A stretch of DNA of 63,950 nucleotides, counting the filler, from Octopus bimaculoides (Eukaryota), in NCBI RefSeq assembly GCF_001194135.2. It is 5 parts of 5 records of this genome, joined end to end, with 100 filler letters (N's around TTAATTAATTAA, not from the genome) between each part and the next. Parts side by side here need not be neighbours in the genome. Positions count along the whole stretch, not along the records: positions 1 to 27,556 come from NC_069004.1; positions 27,657 to 50,828 come from NC_068983.1; 3 more parts are not named here. One strand, given 5' to 3'. Position numbers and translations under genes: made by a program. The notes under the pieces were generated by a model, which made no database searches, was not told the origin of the DNA, and worked only from the letters and a program-made list of their open reading frames with translations. This document shows, piece by piece, positions 25,235 to 38,129 of the stretch; within the stretch, counting starts at the first letter, position 1, and each line of letters opens with the position of its first letter.

Positions 25235-26480
25235 TCGTAGACAGTGTGCTGGTGGAATCGTTAGTACGACGGGCGAAATGCTTCGCGCTACGTTCTGAGT
25301 TCAAATTGCGCCGAGGTCGGCTTTGCCTTTCGAGCTCGATAAATTAAGTACCAGTTGAGTAGTAGAGTCGATATGATCGACTTAACCCCTAACTCCAAAA
25401 TTTCAGGCTCTGTGCCTATAGTAGAAAGGATTACTATTGTTATTAGTCAATAACAATATTTCAACAGTGCGTACTGTTGAAATATTGTTTAACGAATAAA
25501 ACATTTATACAATCGAATCGCACTCTTCGTCTTAACTATTTACCTTCTTGAAGAGTTACGTCAATCCTTTTTAAAATACATCATCATCATCATCGTCGTC
25601 GTCACCATCACCATCGTCGTCGTCATCATCACCATCATCATCATCATCATCGTCGTCGTCATTATCATCATTATTATTGTTGTTGTTGTTGTTGTTGAAG
25701 GCGGTGAGCTGGCAGAAACGTTAGCACGCCGGGCGAAATACTAAGCGGTATTTCATCTGCCGTTACGTCCTGAGTTCAAATTCCGCCGAGGTCGACTTTG
25801 CCTTTCATCCTTTCGGGGTCAATAAATTAAGTACCAGTTACGCACTAGGTGTCGATGTAATCGACTTAATCCCTTTGTCTGTCCTTGTTTGTCCCCTCTA
25901 TGTTTACCCCCTTGTGGGCAATAAAGAAATTAGAATCGCTAGCACGCCGGCCGAAATACTTAGCGCTATTTCATCTGCCGCTACGTTCTGAGTTCAAACT
26001 CCGCCGAGGTTGACTTTGCCTTATATCCTTTCGGACTCGATGAAATAAGTACCAGTTACGCGTTGGGGGTCGATGTTATCAACTAGCACGCTTCCCTCCA
26101 AAATTTTCAAGGACTTGTGCCTAGAGTAGAAGTAATAATTATTATTATTGAAGGCGGTGAGCTGGCAGAATCGTTAGCACGCCGGGCGAAATGCTTAGCG
26201 GTATTTCGTCTGTCTTTACGTTCCGAGTTCAAATTCCGCCGAGGTCGGGGTCGATAAATCAAGTACCAGTGAAACACTGGGGTCGATTTAATCAACTAGT
26301 CCCCTTCCCCCACAATTTCAGGCTTCGTGAAATGATTATTACAGTTGTTAGTAGTATTATCAAGGCGGCAAGCTAGCAGAATCGGTAGTGCGCTGGCTGA
26401 AATGTTTAGTGGTATTTCGTACGTCACTACGTTCTGAGTTCAAATTCCTCCGAGGTCGGTTTATCTTTCATCCTTTCGGA
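25235..26480 (+). mobile_element. Cluster of five head-to-tail SINE family A copies
   Basis: Heads at ~25240, 25697, 25935, 26150 and 26360, each with TTCTGAGTTCAAA.T.CGCCGAGGT-type blocks. Confidence 0.85.
25452..25489. repeat. Perfect 17-bp inverted repeat with a 4-nt loop
   Basis: AACAATATTTCAACAGT gcgt ACTGTTGAAATATTGTT. Confidence 0.95.
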
Positions 26481-26632
26481 GGGTATTGAACCCAATGCTC
26501 CGATGACTATAGAGTCAGCCTTTATATTTGACTCTCGTAGCTGCCACATCTTGGCGGTCACAATTCTCAGGTCTCCATATTTATCGATCTTTTCTCTTTC
26601 TTTCATCAAAATATTTTGGTCTCCTGCCACTG
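26475..26632 (-). mobile_element. Restriction-like endonuclease C-terminal fragment of an R4-type LINE, interrupted by a SINE
   Basis: DQNILMKEREKIDKYGDLRIV..KMWQL....SIVIGALGSIP. Confidence 0.7.
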
Positions 26633-27101
26633 GTAATAAATTATTTTAGTTTTTTACTCTTATGATTTTATTCAACATATTCCTCTCTCAGATTCAAACA
26701 CCTATTGCAGCAGTCCTTCAGGTTTTCTAATCCGTGTAAAAGAATTGGCAAGGTTTGGAGCCCAAACAAGCTTTTCGCAACACACTTAAAGCGAGGAACT
26801 TTTCAGCACCCCATCGAATGTGCGCGCGCGCGTGTGTGTGTTTGTTTGTGCAATGAGGCCTCACAATGGCGAGACCGGGTGGTGCGTGTGTTTTTGAGCA
26901 AAACACTTTACCTCACGTTCCTCTTCGATCACTTTGACACCTGTGACACATGGTACACCGTACACCTGTCCAGACAACGTCGATTTGACGGAGGAAGGGA
27001 GCTAATGTACTTCACATACATTTGATCCCTATAAACAGACCATTTGTGCAAGTCGTTCGACAAAAGCTGAACGCGCATACATCGTCTACGACGGGAGGGT
27101 C

Positions 27102-27139
<38 letters not shown>

Positions 27140-27700
27140 AAACCATTCAGAGCATTGATCGTTTGGTACTGTCACTAGACATGTTCAGTCAACCGTGTCA
27201 GCCTTAACTTATGATGCTAAGACCAGTCATATGACTATCCTCTACCAATCAAGTCCTATTCAAAACATACTAATTTGAGCCATGAACTCCCTCTGAAATT
27301 ACGACAAGCTTCAAATACTTGTCAGAAACCTGGCCACCTCTCAGAGCTGTGTGTTACTTCATTTTGTTTGTGTTCTGTCCCTTCTGTGTAAGCCCTTTAT
27401 AGACAATGAAGAAATACAGAAACAAGACAGCTGCGACATAAGGTACGTCTTTCTATTTCAAGTTTCTGAAAATCAATGTAAACTGTGAAACCAGTTAAAT
27501 TTATAATAAAAAAAAAACAATTTTAACTATTCTCAGTGCATATATATATATATATANNNNNNNNNNNNNNNNNNNNNNNNNNNNNNNNNNNNNNNNNNNN
27601 TTAATTAATTAANNNNNNNNNNNNNNNNNNNNNNNNNNNNNNNNNNNNNNNNNNNNAAAAACAAGAAGAAAAAACAATGAAAACTAACCATTTAAAGTTA

Positions 27701-27759
27701 ATCATAGACGCGTTTCTGGATTATGAGTGATAATACTCAACTTCCTTCATCGGTATGAT
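27701..27759 (-). ncRNA. Type I hammerhead, decayed (U4C)
   Basis: Minus strand ATCATA-CCGATGA-agga agt TGAGT..ACTCA taa tcca-GAAAC GC GT-C-TATGAT; perfect 6-bp stem I, palindromic ACGCGT. Confidence 0.65.
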
Positions 27760-27953
27760 ATTCCAGTAGTACATTCGACTATGCTAGCAAACCGTGCATG
27801 CATGAACGAGTGAACATCATGCCTCGACACAACCTGAAAGCATTGCCTTTGTGAGTTACAAGTAATGCTATCTGTTGGAGTCTCAGCTTTTTTAGCTGCT
27901 ATTTCTGACATTCCGTATGTGGTGAAGCAAATGCTTGCTGATCCCTTAATTAT

Positions 27954-27990
<37 letters not shown>

Positions 27991-28286
27991 CACACATACA
28001 CACACATACAGAATGTTCATAAGAGATACCATCTCTAGACGAATGCTGCAGTTAATTTATTTTTCGCTGATGTATACTACGTATGATATAGAGATATCTA
28101 TTTTATTCTAATACTGCTTCTGCTGAATATAACTTACTTTTCTTCAGCCAGGTGGCTAATTGCAACATCACGAATTTTCTATCATTGCTTTTCTATATCA
28201 GTAGCAGCAGATTTTGTCTAGTCATGCGATTGACACTAGGTAATGCTACTGACAAAACTCAACAAGGAAGAAATGCGTATCTAACA

Positions 28287-28320
<34 letters not shown>

Positions 28321-28909
28321 NNNNNNNNNNNNNNNNNNNNNNNNNNNNNNNNNNNNNNNNNNNNNNNNNNNNNNNNNNNNNNNNNNNNNNNNNNNNNNNN
28401 NNNNNNNNNNNNNNNNNNNNNNNNNNNNNNNNNNNNNNNNNNNNNNNNNNNNNNNNNNNNNNNNNNNNNNNNNNNNNNNNNNNNNNNNNNNNNNNNNNNN
28501 NNNNNNNNNNNNNNNNNNNNNNNNNNNNNNNNNNNNNNNNNNNNNNNNNNNNNNNNNNNNNNNNNNNNNNNNNNNNNNNNNNNNNNNNNNNNNNNNNNNN
28601 NNNNNNNNNNNNNNNNNNNNNNNNNNNNNNNNNNNNNNNNNNNNNNNNNNNNNNNNNNNNNNNNNNNNNNNNNNNNNNNNNNNNNNNNNNNNNNNNNNNN
28701 NNNNNNNNNNNNNNNNNNNNNNNNNNNNNNNNNNNCATTAAGATTTAATTATTTAAATACGTATTTTCTTAAGAAGAAATTTTTTGGTCCTTGTTGTTTG
28801 TGATATTTTTGAGTGAATGATACAAACAGTAGAAAAACTAAGGGGAGGTAATTGGGTGTCGTTATTATTGTGGGCAGGGTAGATAGCTGTTCAGCTTTCG
28901 GTAGGGGGG

Positions 28910-28960
<51 letters not shown>

Positions 28961-29041
28961 AATTCGAAAACTAGTTTAGTGGGGAGATGTATGTACAGTG
29001 ATGTAATCGTGAATTAAGATATGTAAAGAGATCAAAATTGG

Positions 29042-29460
29042 TTATGCGTGTATATTTAGATGCGTCCTGTATTTTTCGATGAAAAAATTTTCTTTATTTA
29101 GACGTTCTTGTAGAGAAATTGTATCTTTTGAGTGGTAGAAGGGGAAGACTGTGAAATTTGGTGTGATGTTACCTGCACATTTCTCTATGTGTTCACTTAG
29201 AGAAATTTGTCTGTATTGCAGGAACCGGATCTGCTCTTTATGTAGTGTGGTTCTCTGTCTTAAAGTCATACTCGTCTGTCCAATATAGTGTTGTCCACAA
29301 CCCGAGCAGGTTATTACATAAATTAGGTTCTCAGAGGCACAAGTGAAACTGGTTTTAATTGTGAACCTCTCTCCTTGTTTGAAAATGAAATCTGAGCCTT
29401 CAAAACACAAATCGCTAAAGAGACTTCTTACACATGCGAAGCTTGACAAAACAACCACGA
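29042..29460 (-). mobile_element. Penelope-like element GIY-YIG endonuclease (C-terminal fragment)
   Basis: FTIKTSFTCASENLIYVITCSGCGQHYIGQTSMTLRQRTTLHK...ERLNKENFFIEKY; GIY-YIG motifs with the CxxC insertion typical of PLE endonucleases; 5' side cut by a SINE at ~29465-29578. Confidence 0.85.
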
Positions 29461-29639
29461 AACCAACGGTTAAAAAATGCGGACGCTTAAACGGTGTAAC
29501 ATGTCCCAACCTACTTGGGACTGAACCCAGAACCATGTGGTTGGGAAGTATGCATCTTACCACACAGCCGTTCTTAATATGTCCTAACAATTACATTTTC
29601 ACCAATTTTGAAATATCTTGTATTATCCATTGCAATTTT

Positions 29640-30900
29640 TCTTACCGAGTAGTAATTTGTCGGAGACTGATTTTATTTTCCCCGCAAACATCAGTTACCG
29701 CTGGTGACATACCCACTGGTGACATACCCACTGGTGTGCTTTGATTTGGTGTCACACGATATATTCTTACGAATTATTGTAGAGCTACCTCTTCCTTATT
29801 CAACTTTCTTAGGGCTCTCATGAACGTATTGACAAAGCGTTTTGCTTGTCCTTTTGATCTGGGATGGTATGGTGCCGTAGTTATATATTCTACAGCGAAC
29901 ATTTTACAAAACCTTTAAAACTAAAAAGACACAAATTGCGTCCATTGTTAGACACCATCGCGTCTGGGATGCCAAATCTCGCAAACAGCCCACGTAAAAA
30001 ATTTGTTGTAGCTGACACTTATAAATTTCTGGTCGTTTAGAGAAACTATCCACTACCACTAAGTAGTATGAACTGTTTAAGGGACCAGCGAAATCGATGC
30101 GTAGTCTCGACTTCGACACATCTACTTTTGGCCAAGGTTCATTTTTTTATCGCCAGTAATTTTGCCTCTAGATCACATCCTCTACAACCTTTCACTAAAT
30201 TTTCGATCTCTCTATCCGTTATGGGCAAGCACACGTAGCTACACATTAAAGCTTTCATCCTTGAAATATCAAGAAGTCTAACATGGAATTCCCTCAATAT
30301 TTTCTTTGCAATGTTTCAGGTATTACTACTCACTGCATACATCAGTACGCCATCACAAATTGAGTATAGTTTCACGTCTTGGTTTCATTTCGCACCAATC
30401 TTGTTCCTGTTTACGTTTCCTGTCCATAGTGTTCTTTGCATTTCTGTTATGAATTTCTCCTTTTCCGCATTTCGTTTTAAGTCTTCAAGGGTTACCGGTA
30501 ATTCGTGTACCACATTCCACATTACATTTTTTATTTCTCCTTCTGTTCTTATTGCTGTGATTACCATATCTTCGAATGGCTCACTGTGTTTCGGTATCAG
30601 TCTGAACAAACCATCCACATGCCCTAGGTTTTGACGGTAAATATTCCATTTTGTAATCATAATTCAATAATGCTGTGCCCCATCGCTGTAGTCTATTCGC
30701 TGTGTGTGTTGGTATTTCTATTTTAGAACCGTATATTGACAGTAGTGGGCGATGGTCCGTTTGTAGACAGAAACTTCTTCCATTAATAAATATATGAAAT
30801 TTTTTTAACACCTAATATGATTACTAACGCTTCCTTTTCTATTTGATTTTAGTTCCTTTCAGCTGGTAATAACGATCGTGACACATGGGCTTATATCCTT
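29640..30900 (-). mobile_element. Ty3/gypsy LTR retrotransposon pol remnant (RNase H and integrase), frameshifted
   Basis: KKFHIFINGRSFCLQTDHRPLLSIYG...ANRLQRW...LLNYDYKMEY, GHVDGLFRL, RLRIDFAGPLNSSYYLVVVDSFSK. Confidence 0.9.
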
Positions 30901-30968
<68 letters not shown>

Positions 30969-31893
30969 GCTAACATAGCTACGTTCGGAGATGCAATGTT
31001 TTGGCGCAAGGTTAGGTGTTGAGGAATTAAATAATTTAATATTTCTGTTAACGATCTTATAACACCTCTGTTGCACAGGAAAATGTTTCTTGAGTAATTT
31101 TTGAGTAAATTTTAGGTAATTTTGTTGTTATAGTTGTTACCACGCCTATATTAAGTGATGGCGGTGGATTATACCAAATCATATTCATATGTTGATTCCT
31201 CCTAACACTACGCTCATACTTAACAAAGCACTACGATAAAATGTTTCATTATTGTACGTTAAGTGAAACCTTAGATATTTACTCGTTTGCTGATAGTATA
31301 ATCTCAATAATATCTGAACTAATATTTTAATGTTGTTTGGATAGAATGTGTATCTTTTACAGATTACACTTATTAATGAATATTTCCAACTTATTATAAA
31401 CTATTATATTTGACTTAAGCTGGCGTCTGCTTATATTAATTCAGCAATCAGTTTATTCATACGTACGTATATTTGTGTATTTACAATTGATTATACTGGT
31501 AATCATTTAGTTAAATATGAAGCTATTAAATTAGATATGAAGCAGTTGTTTTTAAAGTAGATGTATTTTAACTAAACTGGAGAGAAGTCGTTTGGTTATA
31601 CTGCTTTACTTTAATTCTTTGATATCACATATCGTGAAATTATTTTCACCATTATGAAGCAAAATTACTGTAAATGATGGATTTTACAAAAAATATTCTG
31701 AAATATCTAAGTGCCTTCAATAGATTCAAAATATTTTGTTCCAGAGGAGCTATCTATTATTTAGCGAAAGCCGACATACTTTGCTGGAGTATAAAATGTA
31801 CAAAATAATACGAATACTGTTTATTCTACAGTGATATTTAACGTGCATAGATTTCGCTGGTCTCCTTAATGATTGATCCCGGAATTTACTAGT

Positions 31894-31998
31894 ATTTACT
31901 GCCATATTCCGTTGAAAACACTGATCCCGAAGTTAAGCAAAGTTGATCGTTGTTAGGCTTAGATAACTGGGCGTTTTGGAAAGTTAGGTGGTGTAAAC
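31894..31998 (+). pseudogene. Degenerate 5S rRNA pseudogene
   Basis: TACTGCCATATTCCGTTGAAAACAC...GATCCCGAAGTTAAGCAA...GTTAG...GGAA..GGTG.TGTA aligns to metazoan 5S with an ~10-nt deletion. Confidence 0.7.
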
Positions 31999-32088
31999 TA
32001 AATATTTAGTAGATGGGTATACTCCAGCATAGTCAGAGCTTTTAGACTGGAGCACATAAAGGTAAAGGTAAAGATACATACATATATG

Positions 32089-32127
<39 letters not shown>

Positions 32128-32450
32128 NNNNNNNNNNNNNNNNNNNNNNNNNNNNNNNNNNNNNNNNNNNNNNNNNNNNNNNNNNNNNNNNNNNNNNNNN
32201 NNNNNNNNNNNNNNNNNNNNNNNNNNNNNNNNNNNNNNNNNNNNNNNNNNNNNNNNNNNNNNNNNNNNNNNNNNNNNNNNNNNNNNNNNNNNNNNNNNNN
32301 NNNNNNNNNNNNNNNNNNNNNNNNNNNNNNNNNNNNNNNNNNNAAAAATAAGTACTGAAGTTAATTCATTCAACTAAAAATATTCAAGCCAGTATCCTTG
32401 TATGACCAGAACAAGTAAAACAGATAAAACAGATAAAACACACACACACA

Positions 32451-32506
<56 letters not shown>

Positions 32507-33903
32507 ACACACACACAGATATATCATATAATACAAACCATTTTATAAGAGTAATGAACAATTTTCACGAAGTGCTGTAAAAGTTATCTTTTAATCGAAT
32601 ACGTGAAATAATCGATAATTTTATTCTTTCAGATGTCTTTTGAAGTAATTTATGTCACAATCTAATTTCCTCAATTTTCTCTCAACATAAGAATGATGCT
32701 TAGTGAGTTAGTTTTTCACTTGATTCTCACCAATCAATGTGCTAAGTATTTATGATCGTAATTAATCTATTACTGACACACCGATACCATCTCTCAATTG
32801 TTGATATGATTCAGGAGTAAAACTTACAATTATAAATGTAATTACAGACTGATTTTTAGTAAATCTAACACCTTCAGTAATTTACGCCACCAATTTGCTA
32901 AACCAAGAAGTTAGTTTTATGATTAGGTCTCTCAGTTTTCTTCAATGATATATGTTCTTTGTTCTGGCGTTTATAAGTTGTTCGTATTTCCTCAAAATTG
33001 TAATTCATCATTACGAGTAATCTATTGAAATCTGCTTATTCGATATTCTGAAAAATAAATTCATTTTCCACTTTAATTCTCTTACATAGGTCATCAGAAT
33101 TTGAGGACGGAAATGTTCCTGTTGAATTGACATGTGTTTCTCAAGCACTTTTTCTTGTTGTATCCAGAGATACTATTCTTTTCACCAATCACGTTAGAAG
33201 ATTTGTATTCACACTACCTTGAGTTTCCACAAAAAATGTAGTTTCCCTTGATTTTATGTCCTGGTCTGACTTTGAGTAGAGGCCAAAGAATGAAATATAC
33301 TTCAGTATCACCCTTCCCTTTCATAAAGTATAGTAAGATTATGAATATAATTGATTTTGTGCACAGGTAGTTCAATTGTAGAAAGATTTCGGCCAGAAAA
33401 TGGGATGTTTTATTCCTATGATGAAAATACAAAACGAGTCCCAGGGTCATTCTATTCTATTGATATAGAATCTTTTTTGACATCCTAAATAATTATACAC
33501 GTACCTCTAAAAGTTTTTTTAAAAAAAATTCGCTGATTTTACTTGTTTATCTTCATATGATGCATGCTTCGAACCAAACTTTTCTTTACGGTGCAAGCAT
33601 GAAACAATCCCCTTTTTTCCTTAATGTACTCTTAGACATTATTTATATTCACCACATTAGCCATTCAAAGTTTACAACCTGTATTCCCTTTTATTTCTGG
33701 ACCCAACACCTTTTTCTAAAAAAATGCTTAATGAAAATCCTAATTGGAGACCACTGGTGGAACATAGCGAAACGTATATCAGTTTCGACCGTATGAAGCT
33801 ACACACGCACGCACACACATACACACAAACGCATACACACACACAAACACACATACACTCACGTACGCACACACACACACGTATGCACACACACGCACGT
33901 ACG

Positions 33904-33934
<31 letters not shown>

Positions 33935-35073
33935 GCACGCATGCACACACACGCACGTACACATACACACGCACGCACACACGCACGCACATGAAAGTGT
34001 TTGTGTATATCTGTGTCATTGTCTGTGTTTATGTTCAAGTTTAACTGACTCGATAAATATACATCAAAATAGGTAGTGTAGCTGAAATCACACACTGAAA
34101 ACACGAAAAACATTACATTCCAAAGACCGAAAGCAGGAAAAAAAAAATAACATAGGTCCAGTCGAACGCACTGTTGCAGAAAACTTTGGCAGATAGTCTG
34201 ATTCAGTGCAAAAATAAAGTTAACAGTCTGTAGTTATGTTGAAGACATCACTAGACATTGATATGAAAATTATAGGGTAAATAACCAATCAGACATGTTA
34301 TTTTCTTAAGTGATACTTCAAAGGCCCTAGCTAAATTACTGTTGCTGCAGTCAACAAAAACATGCTTCAAACTTTGGTAGAGCAATAAAAAATAAATTAT
34401 CACTCTTCAATCTCCAATACCATGATACAGAATTAGAATTTGAAGATTGTGTTATTTATTTTGAGTATCTGAATTCTAATGGTGTCGAAAGTAGTCGGTC
34501 GGCCATATCGTTAGTTTGTTACAAATCAAGTTTTTTGTTACCATTTTTAAATGTATATTTACATAATTTTTTCACTATATGCTAAAATCATTTTTCACTA
34601 TATGTTTATATCTTTATAGTTTGTATTTTACTACTAGCGTTGTTAGTGCCCATTGAGTTGTTTTACTGAAATAGTGATAGCAAATATAGAAATAACTTCT
34701 TTGAAGTAACTACTTTCTCAATCGTCCCTATTTTCTCTCCGCATACTGAGTTATCTTTTACCTTTATTAGATTCACAATCATTCAAATATTTGTGCTTTG
34801 TTAATATTCCAAAAACCACCGAGGGGACATGATTTAATGGATCGCATAACGTCCCACCTCTCCTTACAACCGCTCGTTAGTTTCGTAAACTTCAGACTAG
34901 TTTCGAAACTGTTATCCTATCTTTAATTGTCTCATTTCTACACCGTAGCTTCTTCTCTTCGATTCCATTGCCTCGGACTTTTTCATATAACAATAAAACA
35001 CAACTAACCATTTTTGGGGGCATTACGGCTAATAATAGGCCACTTGGTTTAACATCACTGTGTAGTTATTTGG

Positions 35074-35430
35074 TGGAGGCGCAATGGACTCGCGGTCGTA
35101 GGATCGCGGTTTCGATTCCCAGACCGGGCGTTGTGAGTGTTTATTGAACGAAAACACCTAATGCTCCACGAGGCTCCGGCAGGGGATGGTGGCGAACCCT
35201 GCTGTACTCTTTCACCACAATTTTCTCTCACTCTTACTTCTTGTTTCTGTTGTACCTGTATTTCAAAGGGCTAGCCTTGTCACACTGTGTCACGCTGAAT
35301 ATCCCCGAGAACTACGTTAAAGGTACACGTGTCTGTGGAGTGCTCAGCCACTTGCACGTTAATTTCACGAGCAGGCTGTTCCGTTGATCGGATCAACTGG
35401 AACCCTCGACGTCGTAAGCGACGGAGTGCC
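35074..35430 (+). mobile_element. Long tRNA-derived SINE family E with a deletion in the A-box region
   Basis: GGAGGCGCAATGG[del]ACTCGCGG...GGTTTCGATTCCC B-box; GC-rich body ending GACGGAGTGCC. Confidence 0.7.
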
Positions 35431-37015
35431 TACAATAGTAGGTATTTGGTTGCTTTAACGGTGCCCACCTGCATGAAAGCATTTGAACGAGGGTCGTTGT
35501 TCGACAATAATGTGATATTTTGAGACGCTATTTCCTATTGCATCTTCTGTTGATTGGTGCTTCTATACTCTACATTTACTTATATCTTCGCTATATTCTC
35601 TACTATTGTCTATTGAACTGTAGAAAGACAGTATTTTCTCATATCGAGATATCAATATTCCAGTTTCCTCTCTCATGTCATTGACAATACACTACTACCC
35701 CTCAAATGTTATAGATGTTTACTATATTTTCTGCTATTTCCCAGCATTTTTGCACATATAACATTACTAAAGAAGCATTCCAGAAGCGTTTCAGATCCAG
35801 AAAATACTCTTCAGACGTCAGAGGCTGGTTCTCACCCAATCTCCAAAAGACCTGACTCTGTATTGCTTTTCGACGTTTAAAATGTTGCGACTGCTATAGT
35901 ACTCCGTGGATTGTTGTTACTGCTGGTATAGTTATGCTTCTATATTTGATAGTATTACTGTAAGTGCACCGCAATTTCTTTCGCATCTTGTTTCCTTACA
36001 GATGTGGACAGACAGCTGGTGAAGCTCGATATCAGTTGCATCAATCTCACATGTTCCAGAGATTATACAAAGTTCATGTGAACTGTTTCTCCCTTCTGAA
36101 TAATCTGTAAAATATTCTTCATTCTTCTACATCAAGTTATGGAATATACCACCGTAGGTAATCATTGGAAAATATATTTTATTTAGTCATTACTTGCCCT
36201 TTTCAACCTATTGTTTTCAGTTATTCTTTATGTATGTGTGTCTAAAGGCGATTAGAATATGCACATGTTTATCAAGATTTTGTTAACCACCATCCAGCAG
36301 TAAGACACTATAGGAGCGATATCGAGCGAATAATGAAATTGAACTTGTCTTGATCGAGTTCTCGATAAAAAATACTTCTGTAATAAGTTAATTCTCTTGT
36401 GAGATTATTAAGATATGAAAAAAGAAGTCGTTTGTTAATCATTGAGTTGTATGAATGCAATAGTATAAAAGAAAACCACTTGTCACATGTTAAAAAGTTT
36501 TCTCCCTTATAAAAAGAGAATATTTTTAATTACAGGAGCACGTATATTGAGGAGACTTGTGAGACACAAGCGGCTTATTCGTGCGATGTTGATCGTACCG
36601 TATCCTACTTATATAGACAATGGTCAAACAAGAATGTGAAAACTACCAGTACCTTGCTCGCCTTTAGACATATACACAGGAATACTGTAGAGAAGATGGT
36701 TAAAATAAACATTTTCATATATAAATGTCGACTACTTACAACGAGATTTAGAAAATGGATTAAGTACATTTCATCTTTATTTCCAATCTCTCATTTATTT
36801 CATTTCTCCCCCTTCTGATTTGATGTACAAACAATTCCATATTTATCACTGTTTTTCATCTCCTAAACTATTCTAATATAATATGATTAATTATAAATTT
36901 CACACTCTATAATGACGATATACGATATGTCGAAACAAGTTGTCTAGAAATGGACAAACAGATAAGCGACTTAATAGATGGAGTGAGAGACAGACTATTA
37001 AATACATGGAAAGAC

Positions 37016-37077
<62 letters not shown>

Positions 37078-37236
37078 ATATATTACGTTTTCGTATTTTG
37101 GTTTGGAAGATACTTTATGGGAATTCGTGTATAGAAGCATATTTTATTGTGTCTAGGGAGAGTCATTCTCTTTTAGCACTTTATTAATTTAATACACTCA
37201 CCTGTGTGATTTCTCCGCATTTATTTATTCATTTTT

Positions 37237-37275
37237 ACTAAAATTTTCGTTGCGTCTTGCAGCCTTTTCAATAGT
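37237..37275 (-). ncRNA. Hammerhead variant with U3:A8 swap and U17 (left arm)
   Basis: Minus strand ACTA-TTGAAAA-g-GCTGC aagac GCAAC-GAAA-AT-T-T-TAGT; palindromic stem III AATT; one stem II mismatch. Confidence 0.55.
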
Positions 37276-37355
37276 TGTTGACTCTATCCTTTATCGAAAC
37301 TGCGTTCTTTTTTGTTTGTGCGCATGCGTGTGCGTTAGTGTGCGTGCGCATACTC

Positions 37356-37386
<31 letters not shown>

Positions 37387-38090
37387 TGTATGTGTGTGTG
37401 TGTGTATGCATGTATGTGTGTGTGTATGCACATATATGTATGCATGTATGCACGTTTGTATTCTGAATATCCATGTGTTTGTGTGTTTGTGTTCATGTTT
37501 ATGTGTTTGTGTGTGTGTGTGTGTGTGTCTGTACGTGTGTGTATGTGTGTGTACCTCCTTGTGTGTGCATGTTAGTGTGTGCCTGTGTATGGGGTTGTGT
37601 GACTATATAATCTGTGGGTACTGGGATGTGACACCTTCTATATATATTTCCTGTTTAGTACTGGGGATGTTTCATTAATGAGGACGTACTCTGGTACTTG
37701 TCTGAGTGTTGGGCCCTTCGGGTGCTTGGATAGAATGCGGATGTCAAGTTGACAAAGTATGCCTCCATATTGGTCTTTGGTATGTTGATAGAGTATGGAG
37801 GATGTATGGAGGATTGTGTTTTGTCGTCATATTGTCTCAAATGTTCATTTAGTCTCTCCGCAAAGATTGCGGTGAGACTAAACTGAACATATACGCAGAG
37901 TACATACATACAAACGTGCACACATGCAAATGTGTACATATGCATACACACATACATGCATACACATATATACATATATACATACATATATACATACATA
38001 CATATGTGTATGGCATGCACACTGACACACACGCATGCGCACAAACAAACAAAAAAGGGAATGCAGTTCCGATAACGGACAAAATCAACG

Positions 38091-38129
38091 ACCATTCAAA
38101 AGGTTGCAAGATGCTACGAAAATTTTAGT
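38091..38129 (+). ncRNA. Decayed U3:A8 hammerhead variant (right arm)
   Basis: ACCA-TTCAAAA-g-GTTGC aagat GCTAC-GAAAATTT-TAGT; G5C plus stem mismatches. Confidence 0.45.

Noticed and set aside
27601-27612. TTAATTAATTAA islands inside N runs (also 50873, 60249, 62285)
   Set aside because: An identical pad in four gaps is an assembly spacer, not biology.
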